From Callorhinchus milii (Eukaryota): a DNA stretch of 64,000 bases. Shown piece by piece: positions 10,401 through 22,400 of the stretch. Numbering within the stretch: position 1 is the first letter of the stretch; every line of letters begins with the position of its first letter. Both the position numbers and the translations under genes were made by a program. The stretch covers positions 5,952,001 to 6,016,000 of the forward strand of contig NW_024704765.1 in NCBI RefSeq assembly GCF_018977255.1, in the 5' to 3' direction. A model generated the notes under the pieces. It saw only the letters and a program-made list of their open reading frames with translations. It made no database searches and had not been told where the DNA came from.

Positions 10401-13400
10401 ATATATTCCTTTAAAATTTAAGCCTGAATTTACTGCTGGGGTTTCAGCCACTGTACATTTAAGTAGATTTGTAGTTATCTGGCTGATTGGGTGTGGGGCC
10501 GCTCTCTTGTGTTACACATTCTCTCGTCAGGAGTTTTGTTTATCAGGCTGGTAGCTGCTGAATTGAATCTAATCGAGATTCAGAAAAGACAAGTGGCCTC
10601 CATGAATCACTCCCATCTTTTCATTGATTTTCAACTGCTGTTTAATCTCCTGAGTATTACTGTATATGCTGGGGGCATGTTGGTCAGTGCAAACGTCCCC
10701 TTTCTGGTTTCTGTACTGCGGTGCACCTTTCCTTTGAGGAGGGAGTTCAAGGCCAGTGACCTATAGGCTACATTGTACTCTGAGGAGCCCTGACTTTGGA
10801 CTTAAAATGTTTTTTTTTAAAGGCAGCCTTTGTCCTTTCTTCCCACATAGGAAATGTACTGTTCGTACCTAAATTCTGGCACTCTGAGCCAAATGTACAT
10901 GGGAAGCAAATTGTCTTGTAGCATTTCAGAGATTGTGTGAAAAAGCATTCTATGCAAATGAATAGTGCAGCTTAATCACAGCGCTGTCAATGGGCACTGG
11001 AGCCAAGACATTGCTGAGGTCTAAAACTCAGCACATTACCTTTAAGAAGGAGGAGATAAATGACGTTATTTCAACTGACTGCTTTAGCATCTGGACTTGA
11101 CCTCACAGTTTCCGATGACACTACGGTGTTGAGGAGAGAGCTGCATTGTTGGAAGTATAATCCTTTGAATGAAACCTTAAATCAAGGGCCTGTCTTTGGA
11201 GTCCTGTAGCTCAGTGGTTAGAGCACTCGCTTTGCAAGCGAGAGATCTGGGTTCGATTCCCAGTAGGGAGAAACCTTCAGCAAGTTTCCTTACTCCACAC
11301 AGAGCCTAATAATAATCCCTCCAAAACAAAACAATAATAAATTGGTCATTTTCAATCTACGACTGTTTGTGGGACATTGCTGTGCGCAATTGGCTGCCGC
11401 GTTCGCCCACAAATACACAGTCAATTCACTTTACAGTATATTCTGCGAAGCGCTTTGAGACGTCCTCCCGACGTGAAAAACGCTATATCAAATGCAAGGA
11501 TTATTACAATTATTATTTCAAGTGCAAGATTCTGTGGGACTATTTCAAAAGAGAAGATAGTTTCCCCAGTGTCCTGGTCAATAATCCTCCAAGTTAGTCA
11601 GTTATTCTCAAGACTTCTTTGACCATGCTTTCGGTCCTTCTTTCCCTCTCCCTGCTCCCACCCACCCCCCAATCCCCGGCTTCCATCCCCAGCTCAGATG
11701 CCACCCCAGTATTGTTAAGTGCTTCAGGACATTCTCCCGCTGGGAAAGGCTCTTAAAAATGCAATCTTGTATTGTGTATCTCACAGCTGTTTTCGAGACT
11801 TTGCTGTGTTCAAAGTGGCTGCTGCATTTGCCTACAAAAGCAGTCACTTATGTTTAACAATAATTCATATAAAGCACTTTGAAATGTTTGATGTGCAAGT
11901 GATATAAAAATGCAAGTCTTTTTTCACATAACGGCTCTGCACAAACTCACATTCAGGCCGGCAATATATACAGTATTTTTTTAAATGATATTTTTAAAAG
12001 CAAAGTTGCAACCTTCATCTTGTGTTGATCTTCCCCATCCACCAAAATAAAAGGTCTGGACCAAGATGCAGAAAGCTCAGTACAAATGGGCACTGGCATC
12101 CTTGGGGAAATGTACAAAATGGCATACATAGTACATGACTAATCGCTAATCTGAACATGTATCAGTCTCCCACTCGGGACAAAAGGTTGTCCAAATGTAT
12201 GGGAGATATGACTGTTATGAGTTGTTGAAAAGTGAATACTTCACCAGCTTGAGCTGTCCTCTCAAATAGTCATTGCTCTGCTATAGAAGAGAATATTCAT
12301 TATCAATAGTATCCAACCCTGTTTGTAGAGTGCGTGTGCAAGTAACTGCCGCTTAGTTACCGCATTTCGCCCACAAAATAATCAGTTCACTTTACAGTAT
12401 ATTCTGTAAAGCGCTTTGAGACTTCTCAACAACGTGACAAGGAACCATATCAAATGCAAGGATTATTATTGACATACTATCTTGTGTGAAAATCTCTAGT
12501 TGTTGTTGAATAAGAAGCTGTTGGAATTTTCCAATTGTAATCTGGTCACCGTGACATTGTCCACCCCCGCCTCCAACCACTGCAAGGATTGCAAACGTTC
12601 AAACATTGGATTCATCGTTATATCTAGTCCTTCTCTGGGAAGAAATTATATTGAAGATGGTTGAAGTGAGCCTGTTAAGGTGCTATAAAAATGCAAGTTT
12701 CTCATCTGCTGACCTTGTTGCAGAGATTTAAGAGTTGAGAGTATGTTAGGCAGTAGATCTTATCATTGGTATTGAAGATTACTTTCTCGAAATCACAAGA
12801 GCGAGAGGTTAACTCTTACACACGTGTAGCCACAGCTGACTTGCCTGGATCACCACTGCCTTCACTTGTGGCTGTTGCGTCTCGCGATAACTGGTCCAAC
12901 AGCTCATTCATTCAGTGCATTGAGTTTGTGCTAAAATGAATAAGGTAACTTAGTTGTCAGTGTGAGGGTGCAGTGTGAATGTTTTTATGTTTGTTCCTGC
13001 AGTGCGTTGGAGGAACAGCAAACTGCCAGCTTCGCTCCTAGGTACGGAATATTCTCCAATTGCAATTCTCAAGCAACTAAAACTTTTTGTGCCTTTTGCT
13101 CTGTAGTGTTAGGAGTCGGTGTTTGGTTACAGGGGCTTTAGCTTCGCTCCCACATCAAAAGCTATGATCGGCCTCCGTCTCTAGATTTTATATAACCCTC
13201 AGCAAAGGGGAGTGTGAGGAATATTACTGATTGAGTTTTTGCTAGGTTGTCAATCTTGTATCTGGGAATAGTCATTGTTTCGGCCATGTAGCTGAGGATG
13301 TCACATTGCCCTTTTATTGCCCCAGATGTGTTACTAGTGTACAATTCCCCCGATATACCAACCAAAAGAGTGCATAGAACGTATTATATGAAAATCTTTT

Positions 13401-16400
13401 TACTGCAACGTCAATAAATTGATCACTCATTCTCAGGCTGTTTGCGAGACTTTGCTGTGTGCACGATGGTTGCTATTTTGCCTACAAAAAAAGAATCCTT
13501 ATGCTTGGTATTAATTGGTGTCATGCACTCTGAAACGTTTCAACATTATAGGTGCTGCAACAGGGGTTGTTCATACTCAGCAGAAAGCAACATTAACAGC
13601 AGCAATGGGTGGCATTGCACGTATAATCATTCCTGCGCCAGCTCTCTGAAAGAGCCATTAGTTTACACTCACTTCCATGCTCTTTCCCTGGATCTCACTA
13701 ATGTTTTTATATTCTTCTTTTTCAAATATTTGTCTAATTCCTTTTTATTTAAAAAAAAGCTGTTCCGGATTCCGTTCAACCACTATTTTTGTAGAACATT
13801 TTAGAACATTTAATTGTTATCCTCTGTTACAAAAAAAAACCTCCTAACTTCTCCCTTTGATTTTAGTCATAATGTCAAATTTATGTCCGCTAGTTACCGA
13901 TGTACCAACCAATGAATTGGATCATGTGAGGTGCAGCAAGAGTCTGGCTCACGGATTTATTCGTACTCTTCATCACACGCAAAAGGAGTTTGGAGGACAT
14001 TATGGGAATATTTGCAGTTACAGCAAAATAATAAAAAAAAGATCTGTGCTCTATCCAGCATGTAGGGCAGGTTTCGTCTTGTGCTGTTTGTATATTTGTG
14101 AACATGACTGTCATTGTTACCCATTTGTGTTTTTTTTCTCTTCACTGTAGATTATGATTTTGGAGATGTATTTCCAGCAGCACATTCCATGCCCAGCACA
14201 GACTGGGAAGGTGGGACTTGTATTTCACACTCTGTCTCTACCTGCTGCATGCTCTGTCCCTAACCGTGTCTGATTCAACTCACACACTGCATTGCATGCC
14301 TGCCAGGGCTATGGGTATGTACGTGTGTGTTTGGTGAGGTGAAGTAATGTCAATATTTGAGAATGAAATGCAATTCATGGACTGAAATTTAGCATGATTC
14401 TTGCTCAATCCCATGAGTTAGAATTGTATTCAGATCTGAAAGGAAACTGGTCAGACTGGCGGACTGGATCCTGTGATAATCTCTACAGTGATCATGTTTT
14501 CATAGTTCTAGTTGCCTATATATTGATATATTGACCTATGACATTCAGCATTTGTCACTAATTTCATTAGATGCATCTCTCAAAGTACAAAGGAGAGCTA
14601 CTGAAAGGTCAAGGTCAATAGCTGCCAAGGATAAAAGGCACAGGAAAGAGAGGAAGTGATAAATCAAGAAGTGGGAGCCAAACTTCAGGTTTAAACATCT
14701 AAAACAAAGGTACATAAGATAGCGAGTAGGAGAATTTAGGAGGAACTGTTACACAGGGAGTAAAATTGTGGAACTCACTGCCCGAAGTGATGGTTGAATC
14801 AGATGCTACAGATGCATTTAGGAGGAAGCTGTTGTTTCACTTCAGAGAGGAGAATAGAAGGATATGGAATGGAGTAAAGAGTGGATGGGTGGAGACTTGT
14901 GTGCAGTATAAGCACTGGCACAGACTGGTTGGGCTGAGTGGCCTGTTTTCATGCTGTACATTCTTTGTAAATCTTTGTAAACAAAGGAGTTAGAATTTTG
15001 TTACACAATTTATAGGGACAATGTCCTTCCAAAAATAGTGGTTGAAGCAGAAACTATTATCACTTTTAAAAAGGAATTGGACCGATATTTGAAATCAAAA
15101 TATAAAAGGTTTTGGGTACAGGGGACTAAATGAATGCATGGCTCAGTGAACTAACACAAACACAATGAGCTGATTGGCCTCTGCATGTGCTGTAAGGTTT
15201 TGTGTAAGCCTATAACTATTAGCTTTGCCTAGTCCCTGCATTATCTAGCAGAGATCACCAAAAAAGTAATGGCAATTCATGTATTATACAAATATTTTGA
15301 TGCCATCCAATACTTACAAATGATGTGGATATGTCCAAACTCACCAGGCCCACCCATTCCAACTCTAACTTCAATATCGTGTTCCAATTGTCTATATTCA
15401 GAGGCAGTGGGAGATGTGACATAAAGTTGGGTCTTGCCTGTTCTGGGCAGAGTAAAGCAGCCATTTTACATTACTAGTTGCCTCTGTTACTTCCTCACTT
15501 ATAACGATGATGTCCTGTGGATCTGGTTTCTAGCACTGACTAGCTAACTTCCCACGCTACAAAATGACCACCTTTTGGCTTGGATGCTGCTGAGGCCACT
15601 GTGCACTGTACATATGCACAAAAGTCACTTCCTGCAAACTGTGCATAAGCGCAAAGGTGATCCAAAAGACGGCCTTTTCATTAGCACCTCGCTTATCTTG
15701 TGGCCTCTGAGTTACTGTATCCAGAGAACCAGGCTGTAATCAGTTTCTCCTGTAGTTGTGTAAATGTGCTTTTAGGTGTGTGAGAAAGCTGTCAGTGCAT
15801 CGAGAAAAGTTTCCAAGATTTGTCGGTCACGAGATACTATCTTAGACAAGTTGCTAAAACAAATTGCGCCTTTCACGTCAGGAGGATATAACAGCATATT
15901 TGGAGGTCAGACGAGATCCGTTTCTTCTGAATCTGTGCTGTCTTCTATTTATTTGGCTGTTTTTATCAAGGCTTCAATGATCCATCTCTCTTTTTATGAT
16001 ACAGTAGTTCTACTTGCTGATAATAGGACTTTCTTTTGCTTTTTTGCATAATTTACCCCAGTTCTTGCTCAGGAATGGCACTCTTTTGTTATGTGACTGA
16101 AAATTCACTACAGTTCTGAATTTTGCAACAATTCCGGCTCAATAACAGGTTTTGGTGTAAACTTACACTTTGGCTTAAGCTTGATCTCCGTGTTGTCTGT
16201 CCCATAACAATTTTTTTTAAAGGTCTCTCTTGAACTGCCATCCACGTCCTAGTTTCCCTTGATTGCGGTAAGTAATCTGGGTTGTCTGAGTTCTGAGTAG
16301 GAAGAAGAGAATGCTTTCCAGCATCACTCATACGCTGGCATTGATGGTCTGCGTTGAGACTCTGCAGGCAGGTCGTACCCTCTTAGAGGATGGAATAGAT

Positions 16401-19400
16401 GTGGAGCGGAGAGAAGCATTCACAAGTCGGAAATTGTACCTGAAAGCACCAGCCACCAAACGACACTGCTTGAAGGATGCAATGTCACTTGTGGCCATTG
16501 TTTACTTCTGCAAAGAAGATTAGAGTGGGGTTTCTCTGACCGAGAGCGTGAATGGGGTTCAGAACTTGGTCCTTCGGGGGTTCCTTTAAATCTGGAGGAT
16601 GTTCACTTTGTTATATTTGCCTTTCCACTGCCACATGGCCCAGACCAATTCAGCTACATAAAGGCCTCTACAGGTTTATAGAACATTGTCAGTGTGCTTC
16701 ACACTTGCCCCTATATTGCATTGAAACATGATTGAACCCTGTGAAGTCTACTTTTGGGGGTAAGATCCCCTTTCCTCCCAAAGAAGGAATGGAAATGGCT
16801 GGATTTCTACAACAACAGATCTTTGAGAAGCGTTAATGTGATTACATGCAGTGTGAGCAGCGTTGTGCTAGTGAACAGCTGCATTCTAGAGTTTGACAGA
16901 TGAATACTGTAGCTTCATTGAAAGGAAATAAAATTTCAGTTAAAACGTCTGAATTATAGCATCAGTTTAGTGAATTTATTTTCCTCTCAGATCTGCAGTT
17001 ATGCTGGAATAAAGACAAAAAGTTTGTGTAGAAGAAAATAACTGCTGACCTCTTGCCCATTGTACTTCTTTGCATTTGTCGGCAGAGGGTGAACTGACGG
17101 ATACAATCAGCAGCTGCCCCAGATCTGGGACTTCTGAGAGTTTAAACAAAAGCAATGGGAAGAGCCCCACTTTACGCCACAATCCTTTCAACACCGAGAA
17201 GGTGGAGGCACGGAGCATGCCGGAGCTCAGCACGGTGCCCAGCACCGAGTGTGAAAGAGAGGAGAGCAATGGAAATCTGCAGGATTCTGCAGAGCTTGAG
17301 CTGGAGCTTGAAGTGATTAGGTAAATCACTGTAAATGGAGCTGAGTTCAGGAAAGAAGAACTTGCATTTTTATATTGCCTTGTGTGTCAGTGTCTCAAAG
17401 CACTTCACAATGTCTCTATACTGCGGGCAATTGGGAAGTTGGGAAAATTGGGGTGGGGGTGGGAGTGTTGAGTAAAGGTGGGGAGGGAAGGCACAAGATG
17501 AAGGGAATGTGGGTGAGCATTCCAGAGAGCTGAAGAGGCTAGCTAGCGGTGGTAGAAAGGAGTGAATAAGGAATGAGTAGTGGACCAGAAACCATAGACA
17601 GGAGAATTGGGCTGTAGGAGATGGCAGGGATTGGGTGGGCAGGAATGTGAAGTGATTTGTAATGTTGATCTGCTCGAGTACGGAAAACCAGTGAAACCTG
17701 ATGAAGATACAGTCCATCCACAGGCATTGTAGTCCTTAGCTGTACTTCACATGCAAGTGGTTCTGATTCTTTATATGGTTTCGATTTCTCAGATTGGCGA
17801 AAAGGAAAAAAAACACAAAGAAGAAGAGGGCAAAATCCGAGGAACGAGTTCTTGAGGACAAAACTCTAGTGGTGCTGCTGCCAAAGGAGGAAGCAAAGTC
17901 CGAGCAGGATTTCACCAGCCGTTTGGCAAAAGATCAGAACAATTCACTGTATTTGCAGAATTGCAAAGAGGCCTCAGGTGGGGAGGAGGGCAGCAGGCCC
18001 CGGGACAAGCCACGTTATGCAACCCGTCGCATGTCTGAGGCAGATAGCCAGCCGGGCCTGCTTATACCACAGATGAAGGACACCTCAATGAACAGTGTAG
18101 GGAATCCTTTAAGTGAGGTGATTGAACGGCTGAATGGAACACTAGATGACAACAGCTGGACTGCGGATAATGATCAGCCTGAGCAGCCCTTTCGGACCGG
18201 TATCCCGGGGGACACCCCGGATGAACCACCCTATCGGGGGTATAGTGAGCGGAAGCCACCTACCATGGACTTCTACAGGTTTGCACTCGAGAGTCCAGGT
18301 GCTGGTGCAACAAGTGGCAGCGACCATGACACTTCAGGGGATGGTCAACAAGCGCATGTTTTTAGTAGCTATGAGAGTGCTGACTCGGAAGCGTGCAAAA
18401 GGGAGGAAATCTCTGGGACCGTAGAGGAGGCTGCTACCCCACGGAGCGATGGAGTGGAGACGACAGGGACACAGCGGCTCTCTGGGCAAGATGATCTGAT
18501 GGAGGTTTGCGGTCCCAGCCAGGAACAGTCTGTCATGCAGCCTGGAGAACCTGAGAATCCCAACACGGAGGGAGCTGGCAGTAGATCATCAGAGAAAGAA
18601 GTTGCTAGTAGTAGCCCTGTAGAGGGAAAGGGGGCTGGAATTAGCCACTTGGAGCTTGAGGAACCTGGCAATAACACCTCGGAGCTAGAGGGAGCTCGAA
18701 ATAGTCCCTCAGAGTTGACTCATTCAGCAGAATTCAGGTAAGATGCTCTGATTATTATACTTGAAACCTCATCCCTTCTCTATATGTGTTGATGTTGGAG
18801 CTATTTACGTACCTTGGAATGGTTTTAATCTTGCTGGAGCGATTTTGAAAAGTGCACAGGAAATTCACTTCACCTGTTTAAATAATATCCCAACAGAGGT
18901 GCTGTGTTACGTGATGACCCTTACTTGTATTTGAGCAGTAGGTTACGCAGCATCAGCCAGAAGTCTGGCAACAGCCAGAATGCTGCACTTTACCTGGGGC
19001 AGGAACATATCTGTTCATGTCTTCTGTCCTCATCACTTTAGGGTGGACAACAACCTCCTGCTTCTGTTGATGATTCATGTCTTCCGAGAGAACGAAGAAC
19101 AACTCTACAAGGTAAGAGATCCTCAAAGAGAAATTCCCCAAACAAAAGTAATGGGAGTCTCTCTAATAAATGGTTTAAATGTAGAGATGTGTAACATATT
19201 AATGAACTAGCAGTATGTGCTTTTCCTTTTGTATGAAATGCAATGTATATTGATGCATGTTGTTGTTTTCCCTTTGTGAACCACCATGAGGGAGTAGAGT
19301 GGAGTAGCTACCACACAAAAACACTGTGACATATATCTGAATTCAGGTTTGATTGTAGCTTTTGACCTTAATACGAGGAATTATTGTAAAAGGGAACGGA

Positions 19401-22400
19401 GAACGGAGAAGCTTGGGGTCTTTGCAAATTGCCTACATGCTTCTATATCTTTCAGATGATGCGGATGTGGTCTGGTCACATGGAGGGGAACCTGCAGTTG
19501 CTGTATGTGCTTCTGACAGACTGTTACATCTACCTGCTGAGAAAAGGTATTTCCTACCCACCAAACATTGACTGGGACTTCACTATCAGAGGAATAATTG
19601 TGTACACCTGCGTATTTCAGCAATTTTAGAATTTTCAGTTGTGTTAATATGGTATTAACGCACATTGTTGTAACCTAATTGCTTTTAAAATAGTACCGAT
19701 GTGTTGGGAGAGCACTGTTGTGAATTTCTTTGGAGTACAGTATCTGTATTTCATTCCTTGTCTTGTCCTGAGCAGGAGTTGCTGACAAGCCCTATAATGT
19801 GGAAGAAGCGGTGTCTTACAATGAACTTGACTACATCTCAGTGAGTTATTCATGATTTAGTTACACTGGTTCTTCATATTTAAATGGGTTTAGACAGACA
19901 CGGTGGAGGTTAAATACATTCAATTGAGAGATGCATCAAGGCTCCAAGGTTAAGTAGGGGAGAGTAGAACAAAAGTAAGGTTTAAGAAAGTAACGTATGA
20001 TGAATGAATCGTATAGAATGAAATTATAAGACACAAAGTTTACAAAAAAGATTAGAAAGGTAGGGGAAAAAGAGTGGCCGTTATTACAGAGAAATAGAAA
20101 AGGCTTTAATACGCAGACAAGAAGTTAGGGGATAGTAAAAGAAGGGCTACAGCCCATTGCAGAGTAATTGCTGTTCTGTACCGTGTCCTTGAGATGGACA
20201 CAGGCAAGTGTAGGTCCTGTACGTCCCGTCCGCACCACTAGGGGGACACTTCACCCTTCAGAGTAAACTGGAAGAGGCTTCAAAGAAAACAAAAAACCTT
20301 CATTTGACTCTGTGCATATCTGTTTTGAAAGAATTATACATTGCGTGTAGTTTTCAGACCTAACTAGTGGATATAAGTCCTGTAGCTCAGTGGTTAGAGC
20401 ACTCGCTTTGCAAGTGAGAGACCTGAGTTCAATTCCAGGCAGAGGGCGAGACCTTGGGCAAGTTTCCTTACTCCACACAGTCAGAGCCTAATAATAATCC
20501 CTCCAAAACCAAAACCAATAATAAATTGGTCATTTTCAATCTACGACTGTCTGTGGGACATTGCTGTGCGCAATTGGCTGCCGCGTTCCCCCACAAATAT
20601 ACAGTCAATTCACTTTACAGTGTGTTCTGTGAAGCGCTTTGGGACGTCCTCCCGACGTGAAAAGCGCTATATCAAATGCAAGGATTATTATTATAAGGCC
20701 ATCCGCTAAGTTAAAGATAAGGAATTATTCCAAGATGCTTTAGAATGCAGGTGTAGCTGTTGAAGCGTGTGTCCAGTATGCTGTACTCGGGTTGACTGAT
20801 TTCTGTATCACGCCTGTAGGTGGGGCTGGGCCAGCAGACCGTCCAGCTTGTCTGCACTAATCGACGCCGGCAGTTCCTGCTGGACACGGCAGATGAGACC
20901 CTCACAGAGTAAGTAGAATGCAGAGAGTCCTGCAGCGTTATCAGTTACAGCATTTGCGAGAGGACCTGGGTTCAATTCCTGGCAGGGTGAAAAGTTAGGC
21001 GTGTTTCCTTAGTCTGCGCGCCTCTGTTTACCTAGAAGTAAGTAGTTGTTAGTCGCTTTACCGGGGGTAATAATTCCTTCAAAAATAAAATTAAAAAAAA
21101 AGATGATTAATAACAGGTAACCTTTTTATTCTAAAGAAATAATTTTGACTAATTTCTACCAATTTCATATTCTCTAGGTTTTTCCTCAGTGCTTTGAAGT
21201 CAGCCATGATTAAAGGCTGTCGAGAGCCACCGTACCCCAGCATCCTGACTGATGCCACTATGCAGAGGCTGGCACTGACCAAGTTTGTGGCCCAGGAGTC
21301 CAAATGTGAGGTAAGGTTTACATCATGGTGTAAGTACTTATTCCTGCCAGTGTTCATTTACTGGGAATACTCGTTGATTACTTGGTCTCGCCTTTCATCC
21401 ATCACACAGACCAATGGGAAGCCAGCGTTGCTTGTATTCTGGAAAAACTCCTTGGCAATGGGGAAAGAGAATGTCCTTCAAGTGTTGTTTATTTAAAAAG
21501 TTCAATGGGAAATGTTTTGTGGTGTCTTTGTTGGCTTGGGCCCTCACACTACGTTTGTGCCTGACTGCAATGCAAAAGCATGTGTAACTCTGGAACACTC
21601 TTCCTCTATACCTCCGCCTTGCCTCCTCCTTCTCTATCGTCGCGCCTGAAGACCTTCCTCTTCGACCGTGCCTATGGTCACCTCTCCCCAGCTCGGCGTC
21701 GTGCTCTGCCACTGTCGAGCGCTCTGGGACTCTACCCTGTGTGAGGGATGTTACATCAATGCAAGTTGTTGTTGTGTTTACAGCCGTCGGAAGTCACCAT
21801 CCACCTGTACAGTCTGATTCACTGGGAAGACCCTCTGGATATAACTGCAGGACCCCAGGGGAGCCTCTACATGCCTGGTGCAAATTCAGTCACCAAGGAG
21901 GGATTGTTGCATTACAAGGCTGGGACCACCTACTTAGGGTCACCCATCTGGAAATCCTCCTATGTCGTGCTCAGGTGAGACTCTGACTCCTATCCTGTCA
22001 CTTCAATCAACCAATCTGACACATGTGTCATGTCATGTTGGCTCAGTTGCTAGCACTCTCTAGCTCAGAAGGTCGTGGGTTCCAGCTTCATGTTGGGACT
22101 TAAACGCATGATCGATGTTTACATTCCAGTGCACTACTGGAAGAGCGTTATATGGTCGGAAGTGACAGCCTTCAGATAAGACGTTGAGCCAAGGTCCCAT
22201 CTACCATCTACGTTAAGGAACCCATGTCACTGTTCAAAAAGAGATGGGACTTTTGCCTTCAAAAATAGTTATTACATTTGACAATGATTACTGCATTGAG
22301 ATATTTTGACATATAAAATCCTTTAAAAAAATGGATTGGTCACTCGGAGTGAGGTTTTAAAGGCTTTCAGGATTGTTTCTTCAATCTGCTACATGCTTCA

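Noticed and set aside
11198-11275. tRNA-like sequences (also 1549, 20376, 37306, 52508, 57547)
   Set aside because: Box A/B heads continue into a shared SINE body and (ATT)n tail; copies are mutually diverged, so they are SINEs rather than tRNA genes.
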